This document shows, piece after piece, positions 53,539 to 64,000 of a DNA stretch of 64,000 nt. The DNA comes from the human T2T-CHM13v2.0 reference genome, Homo sapiens: NCBI RefSeq assembly GCF_009914755.1, contig NC_060926.1, one strand, 5' to 3'. Positions within the stretch are counted from its first letter, which is position 1. Each line of letters opens with the position of its first letter. The position numbers were made by a program, and so were the translations under genes. The notes under the pieces were generated by a model. It saw only the letters and a list, made by a program, of their open reading frames with translations. It was not told the DNA's origin and made no database searches.

Positions 53539-53842
53539 TTTTTTTTTTTTTTTTTTTTAAATGAGAGAAGGTCTTACTCTGTCACCCAGGCTGGAGTGCA
53601 GTAGCATGATTATAGCTCACTGCAGTCTTGAACTCCTCGGCTCAAACAATTCTCCTGCCTCAGCATCCAAAGTAGCTGGGTACTACAGGTGTGTGCCACA
53701 ATGCCTGGCTATTTTTTTTTTTTTAAATTTTGTAAAGGTGAGGTCTTGCTATGTTGTCCATGCTGGTCTTGAACTTCTGGCCTCAAGCGATGCTCCCACT
53801 TTGGCTCCCCAAAGCACTGGCATTACAGGTGTGAGCCTGGCC
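53539..53842 (-). mobile_element. AluJ
   Basis: atagctcactgcag...ttgaactcct and gtcttgctatgttg...ggcctcaagcgat, which are J diagnostics. Confidence 0.92.
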
Positions 53843-55838
53843 CCAAGTTGTATAGATATTGGTCAAACCTCAGATGCTAAAGCCTAGATGGCAAAAGTTA
53901 ATTATAACGACCTGGAAAAGGACTACAGAATGCCTTTTTCTGTAATAAACTCAAGGCTCTCCCCTGCCACCGACCCCCCCGCCCAAAAACAAAGCCAGAA
54001 CAGTAGGTTAACATCTTCTAAAAGCCATATCTGAACTATTTCTAGTAAAAATGGTTTGGGTTATAATTAAATCATGAAAACAGAAAAGATGCAACTATAG
54101 AAGATTTTTAGGACAGATTAGAAAACACCTTCTGACAACATTCAGGAGTTAAAGATGGCACTGATGTAACAGTGGCCGTTTCACTTCATTTTGTCCTTGG
54201 AATTAAATTTGAAATTAGAGACCTAATTCAAAACCAGAAATTAGAACGAGGAATAGCCTCTTCTCTTGAACCACAACACCTTGGAGAGCATTTTGAAAGA
54301 GTTTTAGAATAAATATGAAATAAGAACAAAAATAAACTTATATTCTGTAAATCAACCAGCTAAGTGGCCCACTTTCTAATCAACTATCTACTGATGAGGA
54401 CACTTATTGAAGGGACACTGGAAAACAGATAGTCTGGTCATGCAAAGAAAAAGCAAGACAAAGAAAAATCCTTCAATTCAGATCAGTGAGCATGCATCAA
54501 GGAAGGAAAGAACTCACTATCTTGCCTTACCCTTAAACATTCAAGGTGAATTAACAATAAATACAGATGGTCAACCTCCTCTATTCCTGGTAGATATGAT
54601 CCTACTCTTTCTACATTAAACCCTGCCACCTTTGCTCAACATCTTCCTCAGAGTAAATATACCACACAGGTGTTAGATATTTCAAATAAACTATAGCTTT
54701 TTTCTATCTGTCAGCTCTTAGGGGTAACACTTAGACTTTTGACTGAAAAGCATTCCTTCCTGCTCTGTGATACCAACCCCTGCAAATTTAATAGGAAGAG
54801 ACTTACTTTGCAAATGGAATTGTCATGTGATATGCACACTCGAGGGACTGTTACTTGAGGCTTTAGAGAACTCCTTTGCTTATAATTGGGGGATTTCTGA
54901 TCTAGATGTACTTTTGCCTTCTCTATTGTGTTTGATGCACACTGCAAATAAAGATCTTGAGACTATACTTGACATCCTATGGGCTAAACATTCCACTGAA
55001 ATAGGAAAAATAATTGGAGCAGAACCTACTAAAGTTCAGATAGATCTTACCAAACTGTTGCAATTATTTCCACAATATCCCTTGAAGCCAAAAGCAAAAG
55101 AAGGACTCAAATCTATACTTAAAAGCCTTTTATCCAAAGACCTTCATGTATCCTGGACTAGCTACTACAATACGCTTGTTCTGCCAGGAAAGATACCAAG
55201 TGGATGAGAATATTGACTTGTCTAAGACACCAAGGCCACCAACAACATTGTTATTCTTCGATGTGGTGGCATCTAACCCAAATACCAATAATGTCGTTAA
55301 TTCCATCTGAAGCCTCTTGCTTCACTGTAGTGTGTCTTTGCTCCATATTTCTGCAGTGTGCCTCTAGACCAGGGCAGCCAATATCTTTTTGCCTTTACTT
55401 GTGGAAGACAGCACAGACCTGGATAGTTATGTTCTAGAGATTTAAAAAAGTAATATTTTTCCTAGGTCTTAAAGACTGAAAAGATCTAAATTTCTCTTGT
55501 GATTCATATTGCCATTCACTGCTGCAATACTTGCCTTTCACTTGCCTTTACCAGAGGAAGGGGAAACCTCATGATTGTTTTACCTCATTTAGTGAACATC
55601 CTGTGTCTCACTCTGATTTATTGGAGACTCCTACTGAGAACCCTGACCTTGGATTATTGGTTGGTGAGTCATGCTTCAGAGCTGGAAGTGGAGGTTATCA
55701 AGCAGAATGTGCTATCACCAAATTAAGCAGTCCTCTGGAATATAGCTCTCTACCTGAGGCAAAATCAACTCAGATGGCAGAACTTCTTGCCCTTAGTAGA
55801 GCTTATCAACTAGCCAAAGAACAGAGAGTAAACATGTA
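53843..55838 (+). mobile_element. Decayed ERV1-class 3' gag, protease, partial RT and RNase H
   Basis: ORF 54767 has PANLIGRDLLCK (protease end) and PQYPLKPKAKEGL...YNT (RT start). ORF 55531 has PHDC...DLLETP.ENPD...STQMAELLALSRA (RNase H). Most of RT is deleted. Confidence 0.9.
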
Positions 55839-56178
55839 CAGTCAAACCCTCTGGTGAGGGCTCTGCCCTCCTGGATTCAACCAAGCATGGATTGAAAATA
55901 TTCAGAAAAACAATTCCACAAAGTTCCAAAAAGTAAAACTTGAATTTGCCATGCCCTGAGTACTACAATGAACCCACTCAAATGCAGCAATGTGTTGGCA
56001 TTATATTAAGTATATAATCTAAAATCTCTATAATCTGTAATTTCTATAATTAGGTTTATAGGTATGTAATCTCTAGTAATCTAGAGATGATTTGAAGTAT
56101 GTGGGAGGATCTACTTAGGTTATATGCAAATACTGTATCATTTTATATAAGGGACTTGAGTATCCACAAATCTTGGAT
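55839..56178 (-). mobile_element. MER2/MER2B (Tigger-derived) DNA transposon
   Basis: ggattcaaccaa...gtaatctagagatgattt...taggttatatgcaaatact...ttttatataagggacttgag. Confidence 0.88.
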
Positions 56179-56199
56179 TAGTGTTTTATAATAGTGCTG

Positions 56200-56360
56200 G
56201 ATGGAACTATCTTAGCTTTTTTTTTGCCCTTCCATCTCTTCCTCCATGTGAGGACACAGCCTTTGTCCCCTCCAGAGGATGAAGTAACAAGGCGCCATCT
56301 TGGATGGAGAGACCAGGATCCTCAGCAGACACTGAACTCGACAGTGCCTTGATCTTGGAT
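56200..56360 (+). mobile_element. MST/MLT1A-type LTR fragment
   Basis: ccatgtgaggacacagc...caaggcgccatcttgga...gtgccttgatcttgga. Confidence 0.7.
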
Positions 56361-57869
56361 TGGAGGTTTTATAGGATACACAATTCATTCCTATAGTAAA
56401 TGATTATAAGACCCTAAAGTAAGTTTTAGTAAATTGAGCAAAGGTAGAACATTTGTAAAAGTTATAGCTTTATTTCAAAATATGTCCATGGGTACAGTCC
56501 ATCTGGTTGGACTCACCTTTACTCTGAGTCATGGGCTCCAGGCAGGTGTGATATGCACAAACTCACCCCTGACTTTCTCTGATCTTTTCCTCTCCACCCC
56601 TTTGCTTTTTCCTTTAATCATTACTCTCATTTTTTTCTTGTGACATTTTTCTTACCAACTTTAAATTTTTAGTGTAAGTTATAGCACACCATGATGTATG
56701 CATTCACACATACACACTTTTTTTCTAAGTGGGAATCACTTCTTTTGCAATGCCTTCCCTGACTTTTTTTGTCTTTGATATACTCCTTCTGTAGTTTACT
56801 TTTGTGACACTCTGCACATCTCTTTCCTATCATTTGTCCTAGTTGCAATTTTGTACTTATTTTTTGATGATCTGATTAACATTTTCCTCCTTCAGTAGGC
56901 TGGAACTACATCTGCTTTTTTCATGATTGAGCACCAAGCTTGATTCAACAAATTATTACTGAATTAATGAAATAAAAGTATTGCAATCATCAAATTATGG
57001 TAGTTCCCTATTTTCACATCTCTTTCCTGATTAGGTAATGCTGATTTCTCAGAAGCCAGGGTTGAGCCTGACACACAGTGGATGTTTAATAAATGTCCAT
57101 TGTTGAAATGAACCAGTTGTATCTGTCTAGTGTCATTCATTATCCCATTCTTAGGGGGAGCATGAACCAATGAAGTACCACCGTACCTGACCAGGGAGAC
57201 ACAGATGAGGAATTGCAAAGGAAAGATGTGGCTGCATCAGAGAAGCCTGCTCAATTTTTTGCAGAAGATGAATGATTAATTCATCACCTGCAGTGACACT
57301 GGACTTATTATCATTTTGCTTTCTAAGACTGTTTTACAAATAACTGGTCAGTTAGTTAAGAAACTGGGAAATATTCATTATAATATAGTGAAGAAGTTGG
57401 TCCAGAAATTAGAGATCTGGCTTCTCCTCTCTATTTTGTCTTTAGCTAAAGATAAGCAAAACTTTTTCACTCTCTGGACTTCAATGTTCTCATCTTAAAT
57501 AAAGGTTTTGGGACAAAAGTGTCTTAAATTTCTAACCTGAAAATTCTCTTGCCTTGTGAAGGGTGTAATATTTGGATTTTTATTTTACTTATTTTAGCCA
57601 CACATTCTGGCAAATTTCATTTCATGGTCTGAAAAAGTGAAGCACTTCTAAGAAAATATTTAGAAGATAGACTATTTCTGGTGTAAAACATGGCCAATAA
57701 AACTTAAGCATAATCAAATTCTCTATATATTTTCATGTTCAACTTGTCTTCTCAAGCTAACTCACCACAGATCACTCTTTATGAAGATATTTATCAATTA
57801 ATCATACACCTCCTGAATTTTGTGTAAGTGTGATGCATGGTATGTGTATTATGAATTATTTTCTCTAAC

Positions 57870-58130
57870 CCAGTAGGGAAGCATGGTAGTGTAGTATGTG
57901 GACTAGGTTCAAATATCAACTCTGGCGCTCACTAGCTATCTTATCATGACAATGGATTTTATTGACTCTAAATCCCAATTTCTTCATTTAATAAAGGATG
58001 ATGATGATATCTGCATAATGTAGTAGCCTTTGCAAGGATTGCAAACATTAATGCAGGGCAGGAGAGCGTGCACATGACTGAGCTCCCGTTATGTTCCTGG
58101 CACTACAGGTCCATAGTAGGTGCTCAGTCA
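57870..58130 (+). mobile_element. MIR SINE
   Basis: gactaggttcaaat...ctcactagct...caatttcttcatt...catagtaggtgctcagt. Confidence 0.7.
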
Positions 58131-58164
58131 GCACAGGTCCTTCACCTTCTGCTGCACGATAAGG

Positions 58165-58534
<370 letters not shown>

Positions 58535-60919
58535 CTATAAGCAGCAATTTACAGAGTAGGAGCTTAATATAGGCTGAGTGGTTGGAGTGAAAGACTGCTC
58601 AATACTGAGAGGGAACATAGCATTGAAGAAGGCTTTCTTTGAGTAAAGGGAATTAGAAGAGGGATTAAGCCAATAAAATGTAATGTCATGGAGACCACAC
58701 AGAAGATGGGAGCCTTCACATGGAGGGTGAAATACAGCAGTGGCTGTGCTGTCAGGCTAGACCAAAAAACTATTATCCCATTAAAATGCTTCTCCTCTGG
58801 CTCCTTTGCAAGGTGGCAGAACTGTAAAAATGTTGTGCATTATTTCCTTGCAAATCATGATGGAAATGCTGTGGAATTGTGCATGAGAACTTAAAGGATT
58901 CATCACGGCTTATTCCATTAAAATAAACACCAAAGAAAGTAATAATGGTATGCCATTTATTATGCAGTATTGTCAACCTTTTTATATGTTAAATGGAATC
59001 TCCACAGGCTTGCTAATGGTATATAGGCCATAAAGCCTTTAAGCAATAATGTTTAACTGTATCTGAAATAGTGGAATCTTCTGGTGGTTGCATAAGTGGC
59101 CTGGTTTTTAAATCTTCTCAGTGAGAATATCAGAAATGCAACAAAAGGCCCCTGGGATATTCTTTTTCAGAACAGGGGACAATCAGTCAACAAATACAAG
59201 GCTTTGTCCTTGTCATGTATGGTAGCATGTGTGCATGAGCAGGCATGATGACACCAGGCCTTTAAATTAACAAGCCAAAAAAAAAAAAGTTGGGACTAAG
59301 GTACACAAATTGCCCAAATCTGAACTGAACTTCCTTGTTAGGCTTTATTTTGTTTTGCTTCAACAGAGTCTCAAACCAGATTTATTTTTAGTTAACCCCT
59401 GGAAAAGTAGTACTAACATGTTGAAAAGAAATAGATAAGAAATGCTAAAATATTTCCTATTATGAACCTGAAATGAACATATGTTTATTACATGTAAGTG
59501 ACGGTCATTGATTTTCTTCTCCCTCCACTCCCACCTTCATCTTAATTTCCTTCCCTTCTTTGGTTTTATCCTTCCTCCTCTCTTCCCCTTTGTTTTCACT
59601 TTTTCCTTTCTCCAAGTTTGAGATACACTTTCTCCTTGTCAAGTGAGTAGCTTCAAAAATATAACAGTCCTTAGCAGAAAGGAATTTCAGAATATCATCG
59701 GACCTGAGCTCCGAGTTTCAGATTCAATTGCCCTTAAAAGGCACATAGATGATCGTTGATCCAACTCCTAAACCTTAGTGCCTCATGCTCAGGGTAAGTG
59801 GTAGTGAGGAAAGGTAAATTTCTATAGGGGAGAGCACCTACAAAAATTACCTCCTTTAGGTTACATGCTGGGGTTCATCCCTGGAATGACAGAGGGATAT
59901 TCCATTTCAGTTCTCCATGCATATGTGAAGCTATCAGTGCATATAATTGTCAGGGTTCCATAGCCTTGGGTGTTAATACATGGAGTGATTGATTTCATTA
60001 TAAACCATAATTTACTGTTTATACTTCCTTCCAACTTCATGAATACTGATTGGTGGGAGCAGACCAATGCATTGTAGAATATAATTCCAAATGAGTAGTT
60101 TCCACGTAAAATTTAAACATGTCATAGTATACCATGCCTAATACATTAAACTGTGCATGTGTCAAATGAAAAATTCTTTTGTGAGAAATGAGCAAGTATT
60201 TATAAAGAATTTGGCTGATGCTATGAGCAAAGACTTTCAAAATAAGGAGCCAAAAGTTTCCTTTTGAACTGTGAACTCTTGCAGTTTTCAATCAAAATGA
60301 GCCCAAGTGGAACCTGGGAGAGCAGTAATGAACTGTTTAAATTAGAAGAATGGTACAATAGTATTAAATATCTGGTGGGCTTTAAAGCACCAGAAACAGG
60401 AATTCCTTTTGTCATGCAGTAGCAGAACAATTTGTTATTTCAGTAAACACATGAATCAATTCCAGCAGGATAGATGGATATTTTCTGAAGATGGGTCAGG
60501 GTTTTTTCAATTTAAAAAAATAGCAAAGGTGGTTTCTGTTAAAGTTGCTGCAGGGAAAATTCCAGTGACCCAATCCTTGTTCCCATATTTGTTAAAGGAG
60601 TATAAATATCTTGTGGTTAGGGACAATGTAGGAAAGAGGGGGACATAGTAGGTAATCAATAAATTGCTGTTATAATAATTAAGAAAGGGTTTGCCTGGTA
60701 AATTCAGGCTGTTAACGAAATTGCAAGGGCAAGTTAAAATTGCAAAATATGCCTGTCTGACACCATTTGTGTGCAATTGATTGGATCATTTAAATAACGC
60801 TTAAGAAAAAATAGAGCCCTTTCCTACAATGAGTAACAAGGCAAAGCTTAACCAGATTCCATCCATATGTATTTGTCAATACTTGATAATATTGAGCACT
60901 CCTAGACCTAGTTAGGACA

Positions 60920-61140
60920 GAGAGACAGTGCAGTGCTGGAGTCCAGCTGCCAGGTTTCAAACTCCATCTCTGCTGCTGACTGGCTGGGTGCATTTAGCTC
61001 ACGTCTCTGTGCTGCTCAGCTCATTTCATCTGAGAAGCAAGGGACAATCATGGCACATATTTCATATATCTGCAGCTGGTGTTAAATATAATCCTTGCAG
61101 AGCAGGTAGTGTTAGGAAGTGCTCAACAGAGGCTTATTAC
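60920..61140 (+). mobile_element. MIR SINE
   Basis: tggagtccagctgccaggtttcaaa...tctctgtgctgctcag...aagtgctcaaca. Confidence 0.65.
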
Positions 61141-63285
61141 TTTAAGTGTTCTTAGTCTAAGAGAGATCTGGGCAATAATGGAAAGTTAGAAGAATCTACC
61201 CTGATAATATAGGGTAACTTTCCATCTTGGGGGCATTTTAGAAGATAACTGGCCATGGAAAGAGATGGAAAACTATTAAATTTAACCGTTTATTATTCCA
61301 CACAAACTGAAAAATGTCAAAGGTATTTGAGATTTCCTCTCCTCCCATCCAATGTCCCTAACACTAGAAAAGAGAAATTTAGAAGCTTTATCAGATCATA
61401 GATACACCGATAGGTTTAGCAATGATTGGGGGATCTAAGAGCTGGTTGATTAGAAACACACAACTTTTGTGACCTAACATATTAAGTTGGCTTAGTATCT
61501 AGGGGAACACTTCAGTGAGTCTAGGCTGAAATCCAAGATCTCCCTTTAATGCAGAGAACAGATGGTGGAACAATAAGTCCAAAGACCATTAACGTCTTGC
61601 AGATATTCTTGACTTCTATAATTCTGCCAGAATCAGTAGTTCATGCACATGAGTCTATTCCCCCTTGAGAGTTCAGACAGGATGTGTTCTCATTAAGTTA
61701 AAGATAAAAAGATTAGGTTCACTGGAGAAAATGTTTTGTGGGTATCTTCAATTAAATCTCAGCAGTTTATAACTATATATTTAATTTCCTCCCACAGAGA
61801 CTAGTAAAGAACTACAACACCTTGGAGTCCCACAAGCATTTTATGACATGAAAAGCCCATGAAACAGATTGAAAAAAGGGGAAAGCCTGTAGAATAGATG
61901 GCAACTTCACTAACATCTTTATTTTTTTTAAATTGTATCTATTCCTATGCTCTAATGATCTAGAATTTTCAGTGAATCCCTGGGAAACTTAAAGAATGCT
62001 GTGAGAGCATTCTTTTTTAAATATTTAAGAAAAGAGACATTTACTTTTATAAAGAAGAACATATGGCCTTGTTTGTTATTGTGAATCCTTGGTTCTAAAT
62101 ACTGCTGTCACCCAGGCATGTGTTCCCAACATTAACCTTTGTCTGAACTATTCTTATCCCTATGTAGGTGTATTTTATATCTGCATCTTCCATTAAGCCT
62201 TCAACTAACCATTTAACACACACACACGCACACACAAATTGGCCCCCAAGTATTTTTAGGTTTCAATCCTCTTATTTTTCACATGTTAAACTCATGGACC
62301 TTATATTTAAGTATATTTTCTGCACCTGCTCTCTGCCCAGACCCCTCCCTTAATTGACCTGAGGTCTCTCCTCTCTCTGATGCTGAAGGGTCTACTTATG
62401 GTGCAAGGATTTTCTATACTGTGGTGATTACAGAAATGTATGATTGAAGTTTATTATATGTCAATGATGAAAGGGATAGTCCTGATTTTTTAATAATGGG
62501 ATTTATCCTGATAACTTTGAAGTAAATAAAACATTCATCTTTGTGGCTTTACTAAAACATAGCTGTTAATGGACACTGTATCCCCTTTAAAATTTTCTTC
62601 TTTTTTTACTTTATTCACACACTTTTCCATGGAAACCCCAAACATTAATTTAAAAAAATGGTATTAGTTTTCTTTGAGATAATAAAATTTTAATGTAATA
62701 AATAAAGGGGAAAATAAGTTTATGAAACAAATTGCTATTAGAAACCTGGTTTTGAAGAGTTTTTGTTTCCCATTGCATGACGGATGAATTTACATACACA
62801 TACATGCAAAAATGCTATAATCCTAAATTGTTTGGTTCTGATGAGAAAAAGATCATATTTAGGAAATTAAATATTGGGTAGATAAATCTATATATATGAT
62901 CAAACTGATCAAACTATTATAAAATCAATGATCCTAAGACTTAAGATAATTATATATGAAAATAATTCCTGCACATACATTGTGAAAATTTAGTCTCTCT
63001 CCAAGCTCAGTGCCTAATCCCACTCAAGGGTGACCACTTGGAGTGGAGCCTTGTCAATACCCAAACATGTTCCTTGCATGTTGTGCACATATAAGCACAC
63101 AAGTACGTAGTTTATATATCAATCCTCTCTTTTTGAACAGAAACAAGAGTACAGCAGATAGCATTGTTCTGACCTAGAATCTTTTAAAAATCTTTATGAA
63201 CAAATATGGAAGCACATTCTGCTTTTTGAAAATTTTTTTAGGTGATTATATGATGTAGACTATATATATTCTCTATACTGTATAA

Positions 63286-63490
63286 AAGGAGTTGTCAAAT
63301 TATGGCCACAGATCTACCACCTGTTTTTCTAAATAAAGCTTTACTGGAACACAGCCACATCCATTTATTTACTGTTTTCTATGGCTGCTTTTGCACTACT
63401 ATGACAGGGTTGAGTGTTACAACAGAGACTGTACGTCCCACAAGCCTGAAGTATTTCCTGTCTGACCTTTTAAGAAATGGCTGATTCCTG
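63286..63490. mobile_element. MER58A hAT DNA transposon
   Basis: cacctgtttttctaaataaagctttactggaacacagccac...ctatggctgcttt...caacagagac. Confidence 0.88.
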
Positions 63491-63497
63491 CAACATA

Positions 63498-63705
63498 CAG
63501 TCATCTCTTGGGATTGGTTTCAGGACCCCTACATACCAAAATCCATGCATGCTCAAGTCCTTCTGTCAGCCCTGGGTAACCCACAAAAAGAGGGCACTCT
63601 GTGTGCCCTGATTTTGCATCCTGTGGATATATGCGATGGGTTGAAAAAAATCCACATATAAGTGGACTTGTGCTGTTGGAATCCTTATTGTTCAAGGGTC
63701 AACTT
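63498..63705. mobile_element. MER8-like (Tigger-derived) element
   Basis: ta-cagtc...gggattggtttcaggacccc...ataagtggac...ttgttcaagggtcaact. Confidence 0.8.
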
Positions 63706-63709
63706 TAAT

Positions 63710-64000
63710 ATGACGGGAGATACGATGTATAGAAAAGTGCACACAAGTGTACAGCATGATGAACATTAACAAACTGAACATACCCATGTCACCGGCACCC
63801 AGATCAACAAACATAATCTTGCCAGCATCTTCTCCAACTTGCTTCTAGTCAATATTGACAGTATTCTTGTAATATTCCATTGTTTGTTTGGATGGATCTT
63901 AATTTGTTAAATTATTTCCTTAATCATGGGAATTTTAATGATTTCTTTTTGGTTACATACAATGTTTTATTTAACATCTTCATACCTATTTTCTTACACT
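63710..64000 (-). mobile_element. Old L1ME fragment
   Basis: agaaaagtgcaca...aagtgtacagc...acccatgtcaccggcacccagatcaa. Confidence 0.65.

Noticed and set aside
54767-55857. Functional retroviral pol
   Set aside because: It is fragmented by stops and frameshifts, no RT catalytic YxDD motif is seen, and integrase is missing.

Overview
This is primate (probably human) nuclear DNA from an intronic or intergenic region, shown by AluY/S/J, L1PA, THE1 and LTR8 elements on a MIR/L2-rich background. I can support no intact protein-coding gene, RNA gene or CRISPR array. The ORF track is chance ORFs plus decayed retroelement frames: ERVL pol/gag at 1-1580, L1 ORF1/ORF2 at 52.5-53.5 kb, and ERV1 gag/pro/pol at 50.5-55.8 kb. 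I found no convincing new biological system. The most unusual signals are structural: (1) three short non-tandem paired duplications within 13 kb, one a 119-bp copy patched into an L2 tail; (2) a THE1 LTR inserted into one arm of a ~20-bp palindrome; (3) an ERV1 gag split by a 2.1-kb composite block containing older DNA; (4) an ERVL pol(-)/gag(+) strand-switch junction; (5) a 36-nt G-tract inside a MIR; (6) a few candidate small + strand exons. Repeat subfamily names come from recalled consensus sequences, not from a search. Boundaries of old repeats are approximate.
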